A stretch of 32,000 nucleotides of DNA from Halomicronema hongdechloris C2206 (GTDB lineage Bacteria > Cyanobacteriota > Cyanobacteriia > Phormidesmidales > Phormidesmidaceae): NCBI RefSeq assembly GCF_002075285.3, contig NZ_CP021983.2, forward strand, positions 3,810,001 to 3,842,000, in the 5' to 3' direction. Shown here piece after piece: positions 1 to 8,986 of this stretch. The notes under the pieces are model-generated. The model was not told the origin of the DNA and did no database searches. It was given only the letters and a program-made list of their open reading frames with translations. The position numbers and the translations under genes were made by a program. The first letter of the stretch is position 1. Each line of letters starts with the position of its first letter.

Positions 1-315
1 CTCTCTTCTGGCCATCTACCCAGTCGTTTGGACTTGTTTGAAGCCCCTGACATCCTGGAGCGATATCCTCACTTTCCCGAGCTATTGACACGGCTGACTG
101 ACCATTCCATCTTCCGACCCCAGATTCCCCAGTATGACCGAGCCTCCCAGATTCTACAAACCCATCTCTGGCGCCTGTTGATCGGCGAGCAGTCGGCAGA
201 GCAGGCCATGGCACGAGCGGCTCAAGAGACCCGAGCGCTTCTGGGGGGTGTCCTCGACTCGGGGAGAACTGACTCGGTCAGGAATCAGACTTCAGCAACC
301 CGCTTGCCCCTCTAG
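1..315 (+). CDS. C-terminal fragment of an ABC-transporter extracellular solute-binding protein (probably sugar type); 5' end lies outside the window
   Basis: Frame 1 is open from base 1 to TAG at 313-315. The tail (...HLWRLLIGEQSAEQAMARAAQETRALL) resembles the C-terminal helix of family-1 solute-binding proteins. The assignment rests on this general resemblance only. Confidence 0.4.
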   Translation, partial: LSSGHLPSRLDLFEAPDILERYPHFPELLTRLTDHSIFRPQIPQYDRASQILQTHLWRLLIGEQSAEQAMARAAQETRALLGGVLDSGRTDSVRNQTSATRLPL

Positions 316-357
316 CACCCCTAGGTGGCTTCACCGGTGAGACCTGGCATTAGAGTT

Positions 358-1593
358 CTAGAGTTCAATGCGGTCCTCGGAACCGTACATGAGGGCCACC
401 ATCAGGGTGAGATATTCTCGCAACTGTCGGGTCAGCAAGAAATTTTCCCGGACAAATTCCTTGGCTTTTTGGCCCATTTCAATGAGTTTGGCCGGTTGAC
501 TGAGCAAATAGCGGACCCGCAGGGCAGCGCCCTCAGGGGTATTGACCAGGAAGCCAGTATGGTGATTGATTACCTGCAGACGAATTCCCCCGGTGTTGCC
601 CCCAATCACCGGCTTACCCTTCCACATCCCCTCGGTGACGGTGAGGCCAAAGCCTTCCCGGGTCGATTTTTGCATGACGATGTCGGCCCCCCGTTGCAGG
701 GCATTGATGGTGCGGTTGGCATCGGGAGGTAAGGCCAGGATATGAATGTCGGGATCATCGGCGGCGGCTTCCTTGACCTCGGCCAGTACAATCGCCCCCT
801 CAGGATCGTCGTCGGCAGTGCCCCCCGCTAAGACCAACTGCAGGCTGGGCAGAAATTTAGTGGCGAGTTTGTAGGCGCGAATGACACCGACCGGGTCTTT
901 GAAGCGATCGAAGCGGGAGACCTGAATGAACCAAGGGCGAGTGGTGTCGATGCCGTAGCGATCGCACATCTGCTGGATCTCCTGGGCCTGCAGGTCCAGA
1001 TTCTTCTCGCTGAGGGGATCGATGCTGGGAGGAATAATATATTCCGGGTGGGGCAAGGCTTGGGCAAAGGCAGCCAGGGAGAAGATGCTGGCATCATAGG
1101 GAGCGATGTGGTGTCGCAGGAATTTCCACACCGGCCGATAGGGATGGCTGACATCGATATGGCAGCGCCAGATCCATTTGCCCTGGCGATGGGGCATATG
1201 GGATAGCAGCGCTGCAGGTTGGGGATCGTGGATGAACACATAGTCTGCGGTCTGCAGGGAGTCCCGCAGTTGATCGGCATTGTCGGCGTTTACGTCTCCA
1301 TAGTGATGCAGATGCTGGTCGCTGATCGGCACCGGATTGCCCTGCAGGGCATTGTGCATAGACTTGGTGCACTGGAAAAAGTCTTCATCCCCTTTGATGA
1401 CCTCCCAGGTAACCTCTAGGTCCAGTTCCCGCATCAGAGGCACCAGTTTACTCAAGATTTCGGCCACCCCACCCCCCACCGCCGTGGAGTTGACATGGAT
1501 AATGCGCTTACCCTTGAGGGGAGCTGCTAGTTGCCGCAGTTGAGTGACGACTTCTTCTCCGGCAACCTGGGCATAGGTGTCGAGTATGGTCAT
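358..1593 (-). CDS. GT4-family glycosyltransferase, trehalose glycosyltransferring synthase (TreT)-like
   Basis: 411-aa ORF. It has the N-terminal block IIHVNSTAVGGGVAEILSKLVPLMREL...FFQCTKSMHNALQG and the C-terminal GT-B block STREGFGLTVTEGMWKGKPVIGGNTGGI, both typical of TreT-like enzymes. Its ATG (1591-1593) overlaps the TGA of the upstream ORF (ATGA). Confidence 0.7.
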   Translation of the reverse strand: MTILDTYAQVAGEEVVTQLRQLAAPLKGKRIIHVNSTAVGGGVAEILSKLVPLMRELDLEVTWEVIKGDEDFFQCTKSMHNALQGNPVPISDQHLHHYGDVNADNADQLRDSLQTADYVFIHDPQPAALLSHMPHRQGKWIWRCHIDVSHPYRPVWKFLRHHIAPYDASIFSLAAFAQALPHPEYIIPPSIDPLSEKNLDLQAQEIQQMCDRYGIDTTRPWFIQVSRFDRFKDPVGVIRAYKLATKFLPSLQLVLAGGTADDDPEGAIVLAEVKEAAADDPDIHILALPPDANRTINALQRGADIVMQKSTREGFGLTVTEGMWKGKPVIGGNTGGIRLQVINHHTGFLVNTPEGAALRVRYLLSQPAKLIEMGQKAKEFVRENFLLTRQLREYLTLMVALMYGSEDRIEL

Positions 1594-2267
1594 GGGGTGT
1601 TCCCTGGGCAGCAGGTTTCGAAAATCGTGGTGACTTGCTGGCGCAGGGCCGTCAGGCTTTCGAAGTAGGGATCGACGCCAGCGAGTTCATCGGCGAGGGG
1701 CTGGTATTGACCGTCGAACCCGGCCAGCCAGTAGCGAAAATCATCAATACCTTCTGGTAGGCGGCGACGGGCATCGATGAAGTGATAAAACAAGCTGCTG
1801 GTGGAGAGGTGGGGCAGCAGGGTGGTCAGTTCTTCCGGGCGTTGAATCCGCTGGTAGGTGTCGAAAACGACGATTTGCGATCGCAAAAATTCGAAGGGGT
1901 CGCTGGCCAATACCCAGTGCAGGTACTCACTCTCATCGAGCCGCTCTTCGACGATACTTAGCATTTCCTGCCGTAGGGCCTCTAGATCGCCGTAGTCCTG
2001 AGGATCGAGCACAGCCAGGCGCTCGGCCAGGGGATGGTCGTGGAGGCTATGGCGGCACCAGGCCGCGAAGTCGTTGTTAAATTCCCGCTCTTCGAAGCGA
2101 GACTTGAGCAACCCGCCCCAGAAGTGCAGATAAATGCTGTCCAGACTAATGGTGAGTAAGCAGCTGCGCAGCTCTTTTAAGGATTCCGCCTTTTTGCCGG
2201 TGGCAATGGAAATCAGGGCGCAGTCTTTGAGGGCAAAGGCATCCATATTGGCGTCAGATGAGTCCAT
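1590..2267 (-). CDS. Conserved hypothetical protein with an internal two-fold duplication, translationally coupled to the TreT-like gene
   Basis: 225-aa ORF with a 4-nt ATGA overlap with the downstream glycosyltransferase. The two halves align by eye. Compare FALKDCALISIATGKKAESLKEL..ISLDSIYLHF...DFAAW...PLAERLAVLDP...LEALRQEMLSIVE with FEFLRSQIVVFDTYQRIQRPEEL..LSTSSLFYHF...DFRYW...PLADELAGVDP...LTALRQQVTTIFE. Confidence 0.6.
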   Translation of the reverse strand: MDSSDANMDAFALKDCALISIATGKKAESLKELRSCLLTISLDSIYLHFWGGLLKSRFEEREFNNDFAAWCRHSLHDHPLAERLAVLDPQDYGDLEALRQEMLSIVEERLDESEYLHWVLASDPFEFLRSQIVVFDTYQRIQRPEELTTLLPHLSTSSLFYHFIDARRRLPEGIDDFRYWLAGFDGQYQPLADELAGVDPYFESLTALRQQVTTIFETCCPGNTP

Positions 2268-2390
2268 ATCTGTTAATCAATCTAGACTCAGCGGCTAGTG
2301 ACTATGGCTACACTCTGCCCCGTTCTTCACGACCCCGTCACCCCAACTTTATGAATTGATACCTCTGATGATCCTACTCAGATTAGCAAC

Positions 2391-2579
2391 TCAGATCAGC
2401 AACCGTTTGCGCCTGATGTCGTAGCGGGCCAGGTAGCCGGCGGAAATCTTTAGATAAACTACGCCATTGACCACCTTGGACATGGCTTCTATGGGTTGTT
2501 GAAAGACGAGGCCGGTGCGATTGCAGCGGTCCTTATACGCCAGGACGGCGGTATCGAACGTAGACATGGAATCAGCCAT
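2391..2579 (-). CDS. Small hypothetical protein (62 aa from the ATG at 2579; the track's longer form starts at a GTG at 2633)
   Basis: Open frame MADSMSTFDTAVLAYKDRCNRTGLVFQQPIEAMSKVVNGVVYLKISAGYLARYDIRRKRLLI. It is on the same strand as the upstream GTPase gene. I recognise no family. Confidence 0.35.
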   Translation of the reverse strand: MADSMSTFDTAVLAYKDRCNRTGLVFQQPIEAMSKVVNGVVYLKISAGYLARYDIRRKRLLI

Positions 2580-2583
2580 GGAA

Positions 2584-2619
2584 CTACCTGTTGTAACAGA
2601 ACATCGCCTCAACAGGTAG
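2584..2619 (-). promoter_or_regulatory. Perfect 10-bp-stem hairpin ending 4 nt upstream of the ATG at 2579
   Basis: CTACCTGTTG (2584-2593) and CAACAGGTAG (2610-2619) are exact reverse complements separated by 16 nt. On the minus strand the 3' arm (..CAACAGGTAG TTCC ATG) contains the only purine-rich SD-like AGG. Confidence 0.5.
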
Positions 2620-2679
2620 CGGTCTGATAGCACACAGGCTGTCTACCATGGCGCTACCAGCGTCTCAGCTGCGCTTATC

Positions 2680-4632
2680 CTAGCGTGTTTCTCCCCAGCT
2701 AGGAGTAGAAGGGGCCGGGGAGGCATTTAAATAATGGCGGAATCGGGTTTGCAGCTGGTCTAAAACCAGGGACTCGCTCCAGTAGGCCACCAAGGCATGG
2801 CCCAGGGCGGTGGCAGTGCGATCGGGCGCGGCGGGATTGTCCACCATCAGGGGCCACAGCCCCAACAGGTCAAAGTGGGCATCATCGGGGGCTACCACTT
2901 GAAATAGCTCGTAGGCCATCTGCAGTTTGCCAATCACCAGGGGCAACTCTTCCACCGGAATCCGGTTGGCCAAGACTTGAGCCAAGGCTGGGGACCCCGT
3001 GGTCAGGGTGGAGAGAAATTGCAACACCGGGCTCTTCAGTAGTGCCGTCAGCCCCTGGTTGGTGGTCATCTGCAGGGCATAGCGTTCGATGATCTTAGCG
3101 GCGGCTACGATGCGGGCCTGCCGCTGCCGGAGAAACCGGCCCAGGCGACTCTGCTTAGCCGGAGCCATGGTATCGATTAGCGTCAGAGCCAAGGCATCGG
3201 CGTTCCAGGGAGACCGCTGGGCTTGGGCATCGTAGGTGACTAGGGGCAGCACTCGATCACAGCTATCTGCCAGGGCATCGGCTCGATACTGGGTGGCCTC
3301 GCGGATGGCCACTTCCTTGGCTCGTTCCCCCCACTGCCAGTCATAGGGCGGCGACCATTCCCGCAGTGGGCGCAGCCGATCGACTTGGGTGACGATGGCA
3401 ATGGCGGGGTGATCATGGCCCTGGTGACGCAACTCCTGCAATAAGTCCACATCCATCCTTAAGGCTGGATCTAGGGCCGGAGTCACCAGTAGCAGCAGGT
3501 CTGCTGTGGCCGCTTTCTCCATCACACTCTGGCGCACATCATCACGGGCGATCTGCTCATAGCCTGGGGTATCCCATAGGATTAGACGATGGCCGTCTTG
3601 AGAGGACCACTGGTACCGTTGGATTTTATCGGTGCTGGGCAGCACATCTACCTCGGCCTGATCGGCTGCAAACAAGGTGTTAATCAAGCTGCTTTTGCCG
3701 GCACCGGTGCGACCCAGCAGTAAGATTTCCACGGGTTTTTTCTCAACCGGTTCCGTGGGCTCTGCCTGCTGTAGAATCTGGCGCAGGGTCTGGGTTGTCT
3801 CCTCGGCAGGGGGAGACTCCTGCAGCAGGGGTTGGGGCAGGGCAGAGCGGTCACCGCCGTAGAGCAGCACGGCCTGATGACACAGGGTTTGCAAGGCTTT
3901 CTGGCGAGCCAGGGTGCCCAGATTGGCCAGCAGTTGCTGGGTGGCTTGGTTGCCGTAGCGTTGGCTGGCCAGCCGAGCCGCAGCGGCAGCTGGATTCCAG
4001 AGCCACTGGGACCAGTTGAATAGGCGCCAAACCCAGCGGGCAGAGGGTTCCACCCGTTGATACAGTTCGTAAGCCTGTACGGCCTGGCCAACGGTGACCT
4101 GATTCAGTACTGGCGAGAGCTGTTGCATCCATCGATCGAGGTCGTCGACAGTGCCCCGAATCAGCCCGTAGGCTTGGGGGACATAGATATTGAGCAGGGG
4201 ATATTTCACCTCTGGGTAGTAGATCTGTGCGATCGCACTGACCAGCTCCTGACAGCGCTGCCAAAATCGAGGCCAGTCTTCCCAGATGGGGGGGTCGCTC
4301 TCAGCAACCTGCAGCACCCGTTGCAACGCGGCTTCCACCGCCGTTGCGATCTCGCCGGTATCGGTCTGTTGAGCCTCTTCCAGTTTTTGACTAGCCTGAT
4401 CGACTAGATCATCAATCTGGCTCCTAGCGGGCTGGGTCCATCGCACCAATAACCAGCGCCAGCCCAGCAACAGCAGAATGATCACCGCCCAGATCCAGTT
4501 CAGCTGCCAGGCATGAATCTGCCATGCCGCCGCCACCCCTAAAAAACTCACCAGCCCCACTACTGGCAAGCCCAGGACTATCCACTGCCATCGCGTTAGT
4601 ATCATGCTGTTGAGCCAACCCTTCAGTACCAT
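2680..4632 (-). CDS. Membrane-anchored P-loop GTPase (MMR_HSR1/YcjF-DUF697-like architecture)
   Basis: 650 aa. The N-terminus is hydrophobic (WIVLGLPVVGLVSFLGVAAAW, WIWAVIILLLLGWRWLLV). GTPase motifs present are G1 GRTGAGKSS, G3 LWDTPG and G4 TQVD. The C-terminal region is helical. Confidence 0.75.
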   Translation of the reverse strand: MVLKGWLNSMILTRWQWIVLGLPVVGLVSFLGVAAAWQIHAWQLNWIWAVIILLLLGWRWLLVRWTQPARSQIDDLVDQASQKLEEAQQTDTGEIATAVEAALQRVLQVAESDPPIWEDWPRFWQRCQELVSAIAQIYYPEVKYPLLNIYVPQAYGLIRGTVDDLDRWMQQLSPVLNQVTVGQAVQAYELYQRVEPSARWVWRLFNWSQWLWNPAAAAARLASQRYGNQATQQLLANLGTLARQKALQTLCHQAVLLYGGDRSALPQPLLQESPPAEETTQTLRQILQQAEPTEPVEKKPVEILLLGRTGAGKSSLINTLFAADQAEVDVLPSTDKIQRYQWSSQDGHRLILWDTPGYEQIARDDVRQSVMEKAATADLLLLVTPALDPALRMDVDLLQELRHQGHDHPAIAIVTQVDRLRPLREWSPPYDWQWGERAKEVAIREATQYRADALADSCDRVLPLVTYDAQAQRSPWNADALALTLIDTMAPAKQSRLGRFLRQRQARIVAAAKIIERYALQMTTNQGLTALLKSPVLQFLSTLTTGSPALAQVLANRIPVEELPLVIGKLQMAYELFQVVAPDDAHFDLLGLWPLMVDNPAAPDRTATALGHALVAYWSESLVLDQLQTRFRHYLNASPAPSTPSWGETR

Positions 4633-4688
4633 TTAATCGCGCTGGCGAGTGGCTCAGCTGAGGCCACGGCTGACAACGGGGCCAAGAC

Positions 4689-5567
4689 CTACACTAAGAT
4701 GCGCCCGGCGGCGCCACCAATGGAGGCGGGTAGGCCCAATACCAACACATTGCTGAGCCATTCCTGCCAGGGATCGGCTGGGGTTAACTGCTGGAAGAAC
4801 ACCAGCATGGTGGTCGAAATCAGCAGGGCCACGAGATAGGCCACCAGGGTTTCGGTGATGGGGCTGAGCAGCAGCCCCCGTTGTCGCCGCTCACTGCCAT
4901 CGGCAAAGCCAGAGGCAAAGACGATGGTGTAGGACAACAACAGCGAGGCTGCAATGATTAGCAGCAACCACAGGGGTGGAATGGAGGCGGCCAGGAGACG
5001 GATCTCTTCGGTGGGGGCAATGCTGAAGGCAATCAGGATCGCCCCCAGCAGGGTGGCATCTAGGTCTACCAAGGTGTCGGGCCAGCGGCTGGCATGCCGC
5101 TTCTGGCTAGGGCCATTGAGCTTGCGCCGGGAGACTGGTCGCGCTGGGGCAGGGCTGAGCAGGGAGCGGGCCAGGGCTACTCCCAGAGAAAAGGGCACCC
5201 CTTCGAAGATGAGCTTACCCAGGGTTTCCGATAGGGGCGTGGCCAGGGTGATGCGTCGTAAGAGGATTAATGCGATCGCAGCGCAGAGAAGGCCGATGCC
5301 CAGGGCCTCAATGCTCTCCAACACGGCTTCTAGGGGTTGTAACCGCAGGGTGCGACGGAAACCACCGGTCTGTGTCAGTAGCCACACCACCCCGAACGTG
5401 ACCGCGCTAGGACCACTAGTAAGCGCTCTGGCTGCACTGACGAGCCAATGGACCAGACCTCGACGGTGTAGAGCAGCGGAATGCCAAACAAAAAGCCCCC
5501 TGCCGCTCCCCCGCAGAATATCCTGCAGTTCCTGCAGCCAGATATTAGGTGTCTCAGATGCCGTCAT
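4689..5567 (-). CDS. Integral membrane protein of unknown function
   Basis: 292-aa ORF with several long hydrophobic stretches (e.g. LLGAILIAFSIAP, LWLLLIIAASLLLSYTIVF, LVAYLVALLISTTMLVFF, VLVLGLPASIGGAAG). It is on the same strand as the GTPase gene and 56 nt upstream of it. Confidence 0.6.
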   Translation of the reverse strand: MTASETPNIWLQELQDILRGSGRGLFVWHSAALHRRGLVHWLVSAARALTSGPSAVTFGVVWLLTQTGGFRRTLRLQPLEAVLESIEALGIGLLCAAIALILLRRITLATPLSETLGKLIFEGVPFSLGVALARSLLSPAPARPVSRRKLNGPSQKRHASRWPDTLVDLDATLLGAILIAFSIAPTEEIRLLAASIPPLWLLLIIAASLLLSYTIVFASGFADGSERRQRGLLLSPITETLVAYLVALLISTTMLVFFQQLTPADPWQEWLSNVLVLGLPASIGGAAGRILV

Positions 5568-5623
5568 GGTGTGCTTGTTCTAAATGGGGTGGGTCAAAAA
5601 GATTGTCGTCGGTGGTCACACCG

Positions 5624-7198
5624 TCACCTGGATTCGCCCAGCACCTGAACCAAGGCTTGGGTGAGGCCTTCCAGGGTGTATTCCTGGGCTTCGACATCGA
5701 CGCGGCCGAAGACCTGGTAGCAGGTTTCGGAGGTCTTGGGGCCGATGGAGGCTAGGCAGACCCCTGGCAGATGGGTAGGCCACTCGGGGCCGAGGCCCTG
5801 CTCTAGGAGTTGGGCGGCGTGGCGTACGGTTTTGGAGCTGGCGAAGGTGAGGCAGTCTACCGCGCCCTGCTGCAGGGCCTGGATTACCTGAGGGTCTGGC
5901 TCTGGGGGGCAGCCGGATTCATAGGCGGGCACCTCCAGCACCTGGGCACCGGCGTCGCTGAAGGCTCGCACCAACACCTCCCGGCCACCGCTCTCCACCC
6001 GAGGAAAGAGCAGGGTCAGGCCCTGCACCGGCTCCGGGAAGGTGTCGGCCAGGGAGTCAGCGATGAAGTCGGGGGGGGTGAAGTCGGCGTGGAGGCCTCG
6101 TGTTTGCAGCACCTGGGCCGTTTTCTTGCCCACCACGGCGATCTTGAGGCCGGCCAGGGCCCGCAGGTCATGGCCTTGGTGCTGCAGGCGATCCAGGAAA
6201 TAGGTGACGGCGTTGGCGGAGGTGAGAATCAACCAGTCGACGGTGGCTAGGGATGCGATCGCATCGTCCAGGGCCTGCCAACTGGAAGGGGGGCGAATCT
6301 CCAGGGCTGGCATTTCCAGCACCGTAGCGCCCTGGCGGCGTAAATACCCACTAAACTGACTGGACTGACCGGCTGACTGAGTCACCACCACCGTCTTGCC
6401 AGCCAGGGGGGCCTGGGCAGTCATGGTCTCCATCTCCTTACTCATGCAATGGGTCTCCAGAGGGGCGGTCGGGGACGAGGGCATCAGGTATGTACGCAGC
6501 CCCACCACCTCCCCGATCACCACCACCGCGGGGGAGAGCGACTGCCCCTTAGTCTGCTGCAGGATGCTCAGTAGGGTACCGGTCCACACCTGTTGCTGCG
6601 GGTGTCCGGCCCAGCGGATGACGGCGATGGGGGTTTCCGGGCGCTTGCCCGCCTGCCGCAGTTGCTCCAGGATCTCAGGCAGCCGTCGAGTGGCCATCAA
6701 CAGCACCAGGGTTTGGGTCTGAGCCAGGGTGGGCCAATCTAGACTCTCCAGGTCGTGGGCCGTCATGACTGCAAAGCCATGGCTCAAGACGGCATCGGTC
6801 AGGGGAATGCCGGCCAGCAGGGGAGCGGCCAGAGCCGAGGAAATCCCCGGGATCACCTCCACATCGCAACCGGCCTGGCGCAGGGCCTGCACCTCCGAGG
6901 TGGTGCGGCCAAAGATGAAGGGATCGCCCCCCTTCAGCCGCACTACTCGCTTACCCGCCTGAGCCCGCTGCACCAATAACTGGTCGATCTCCTCCTGGCT
7001 GGGGCTAGGCCGGCCGCCGCGCTTGCCCACATCGATGCGATCGCATCCCGACGGTAACTCCGCTAGCAGCCGTTCATCCACCAGAGCGTCATGGACCAGC
7101 ACCTGAGCCTGCCGCAGCAACGTGTAGCCTCGCAGGGTGAGGTAAGCCATATCTCCTGGCCCGGCCCCAACCACATAGACCTTTCCTGTGCGCTTCAT
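5624..7198 (-). CDS. cobA: Bifunctional uroporphyrinogen-III C-methyltransferase / uroporphyrinogen-III synthase (CobA-HemD fusion)
   Basis: The N-terminal half carries the SUMT signature GKVYVVGAGPGDMAYLTLRG...VLVHDALV...VVRLKGGDPFIFGR. The C-terminal half is HemD-like (LAGKTVVVTQSAGQSS...LEMPALEIRPP...DWLILTSANAV). I placed the start at ATG 7198 (MKRTGKVYVVGAGPGD) rather than the track's 7276. Confidence 0.85.
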   Translation of the reverse strand: MKRTGKVYVVGAGPGDMAYLTLRGYTLLRQAQVLVHDALVDERLLAELPSGCDRIDVGKRGGRPSPSQEEIDQLLVQRAQAGKRVVRLKGGDPFIFGRTTSEVQALRQAGCDVEVIPGISSALAAPLLAGIPLTDAVLSHGFAVMTAHDLESLDWPTLAQTQTLVLLMATRRLPEILEQLRQAGKRPETPIAVIRWAGHPQQQVWTGTLLSILQQTKGQSLSPAVVVIGEVVGLRTYLMPSSPTAPLETHCMSKEMETMTAQAPLAGKTVVVTQSAGQSSQFSGYLRRQGATVLEMPALEIRPPSSWQALDDAIASLATVDWLILTSANAVTYFLDRLQHQGHDLRALAGLKIAVVGKKTAQVLQTRGLHADFTPPDFIADSLADTFPEPVQGLTLLFPRVESGGREVLVRAFSDAGAQVLEVPAYESGCPPEPDPQVIQALQQGAVDCLTFASSKTVRHAAQLLEQGLGPEWPTHLPGVCLASIGPKTSETCYQVFGRVDVEAQEYTLEGLTQALVQVLGESR

Positions 7199-7335
7199 AG
7201 CTTCCCATCGATGGCCCATCGTTTCCATCATGCCGGATTGTTGCCGCACCAGTGAGCCTTGCACCAGACATGCCATCGCTGAACGGGATGGCTTCGTGGC
7301 ATCCTAAAGGCAGCCTTAGCGTGGAGAACCAGCCA

Positions 7336-7998
7336 ATGTTGACCCTCTATCACACACCACTATCCCTCAACTCGCGCCGGGTTTGGGTCACCCTACTGGA
7401 AAAAGGGCTCCACTTCGACACCATTGAGATGAATCTCAGTGGAGACCAGTTCCAGCCTGAATTCCTAGCCCTGAACCCCTTTCATCACATTCCCGTACTG
7501 GTAGACGATGAAGTCACCCTGATCGAATCCTTCGCCATCATGGACTACCTAGAGGCTAAATACCCCATTCCCTCTCTACTGCCGTCGCCCCCCACTGCCC
7601 TAGCCAAGGTCCGCATGATACAGATGGTCACCGTCAACGAGTTGCTGCCGGCTATCAGCCCCCTGACCAAGAAAATGATGGGATTCGGCAGCCCCGATGC
7701 CGACGCCCTAGAAAAGGCCCACCAGCAAGCCGCAGTTTGTCTGGGCTTCTGCGAAGAAAAGTTAGCAGATTGGTCCTTCTTTGGTGGCGACGAGCTATCT
7801 CTGGCAGACATTGTCCTAGGGACTGTGGCCCCCTGGTTTGACCAAATGGAGTTGCCCCTAGACCAATATCCCCAGCTACAGGCATGGATTCAACGGCTGC
7901 TGCAACGCCAGGCCTGGCAGATTACCCAACCCACCCCCGAGGCCATCGACGCCTTCAAAGAGCGCATGGCCAAACTCATGGCCCAGCGAGGGCTATAG
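7336..7998 (+). CDS. Glutathione S-transferase
   Basis: MLTLYHTPLSLNSRRVWVTLLEKGLHFDTIEMNL...LNPFHHIPVLVDDEVTLIESFAIMDYLEAKYP is a typical thioredoxin-fold GST N-domain. GGAGAA lies 8 nt upstream of ATG 7336. Confidence 0.85.
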   Translation: MLTLYHTPLSLNSRRVWVTLLEKGLHFDTIEMNLSGDQFQPEFLALNPFHHIPVLVDDEVTLIESFAIMDYLEAKYPIPSLLPSPPTALAKVRMIQMVTVNELLPAISPLTKKMMGFGSPDADALEKAHQQAAVCLGFCEEKLADWSFFGGDELSLADIVLGTVAPWFDQMELPLDQYPQLQAWIQRLLQRQAWQITQPTPEAIDAFKERMAKLMAQRGL

Positions 7999-8204
7999 GG
8001 GGGTTTACCGTTCCTTAACCTGGCGATGTTCTCGCCTTAATGCTTGACCGAGATGATACATCCAGATGTTCTGCCCTGCTGAGATAGCTGTTGCCTCCCC
8101 TAGGTCGAGGGTGCTTTCCCGGCATCGATAGCAACTGCGATAAAGGGTTAAGCGTTTGTGCTCGATAGCGTCTGGAGTGAGAACTCTAGTTCATATTCCT
8201 AAGC

Positions 8205-8960
8205 ATGGGTGTGTTTCAAACCTCGCTGAATTATCCCGATGTCCCCCTTAGCCAGGCCAAAATTCTATTGGTTGACGATGAGGCCCTGATCCGCGAGACC
8301 ATAGCCATGGCCTTGGAGGACGAAGGATATTTAGTCTCGGTAGCCGAACATGGCCATGCTGCTCTAGAGATCCTGAAGGGCAATGACGCCTCTACCCTGA
8401 GCGCTAACGATTTCGACCTGGCTATTCTGGATTGGATGTTGCCCGGCATGAACGGCCTCGATCTGTGTCGTCTCATCCGCCACCATCAGATCGATTTCCC
8501 CATTCTGATATTGAGTGCCAAGGGCAGTGAAATGGACCGGGTAGTTGGCCTGGAAGTAGGGGCAGACGATTACCTGTCCAAGCCCTTTGGTATGCGAGAG
8601 TTGATTGCCCGCTGCCGAGCGTTGATGCGTCGCCACCGTTGGTCCCAGAAGGCCCCGGCGAAGGTCGTACTCACCTTTCAGGAGATCAGCCTGTATCTGA
8701 ATGAACTGCGGGTAACGGTGAATGGCCAAGAGATTAATCTCTCCCCCAAAGAGTTTCGGATTTTAGAGCTGTTTATGAGTGAGCCGCAAAGGGTGTGGTC
8801 CCGGGAGGATCTGATTCAGCAGGTGTGGGGACCCGACTTTATGGGCGATCGCAAAACGGTGGATGTGCATATCCGTTGGCTGCGGGAAAAAATCGAACCC
8901 GACCCCAGTCAGCCCCGCTATATCACCACCTTGCGTGGGTTTGGTTATCGCTTTGGTTGA
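8205..8960 (+). CDS. OmpR-family two-component response regulator (receiver plus winged-helix); no histidine kinase adjacent
   Basis: The receiver domain shows ILLVDDE...DLAILDWMLPGMNG...LSAKG...GADDYLSKPF. The C-terminal Trans_reg_C-like region shows LSPKEFRILELFM...VDVHIRWLREKIE...ITTLRGFGYRF. Confidence 0.85.
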   Translation: MGVFQTSLNYPDVPLSQAKILLVDDEALIRETIAMALEDEGYLVSVAEHGHAALEILKGNDASTLSANDFDLAILDWMLPGMNGLDLCRLIRHHQIDFPILILSAKGSEMDRVVGLEVGADDYLSKPFGMRELIARCRALMRRHRWSQKAPAKVVLTFQEISLYLNELRVTVNGQEINLSPKEFRILELFMSEPQRVWSREDLIQQVWGPDFMGDRKTVDVHIRWLREKIEPDPSQPRYITTLRGFGYRFG

Positions 8961-8986
8961 GCCTACAGCCTTAGCGGTGTGTAGGC
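8961..8986. terminator. Hairpin between the convergent response-regulator and nadE genes (possible bidirectional terminator)
   Basis: GCCTACA (8961-8967) pairs with TGTAGGC (8980-8986) across a 12-nt loop. There is no flanking U-tract, so this is weak. Confidence 0.25.

Noticed and set aside
4954-5583. Long ORFs antisense to well-supported genes. Examples are 325-732, 4954-5583, 5810-6250, 17317-18036, 27284-27712, 28963-29538 and 30987-31568.
   Set aside because: Each lies entirely opposite a gene with clear family motifs. Their products are Arg/Gly/Pro/Ala-rich with no recognisable domains. Such ORFs are the expected stop-codon-poor antisense frames of GC-rich coding DNA.
7199-7276. Extended N-termini given by the ORF track for cobA (to 7276), nadE (to 10950), nadD (to 13339), the 2-OGDC-like gene (to 18342), GST (from 7252) and acs (from 26632)
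   Set aside because: In each case a downstream ATG lines up with the conserved N-terminus of the family. The extra residues are low-complexity or overlap the neighbouring gene.
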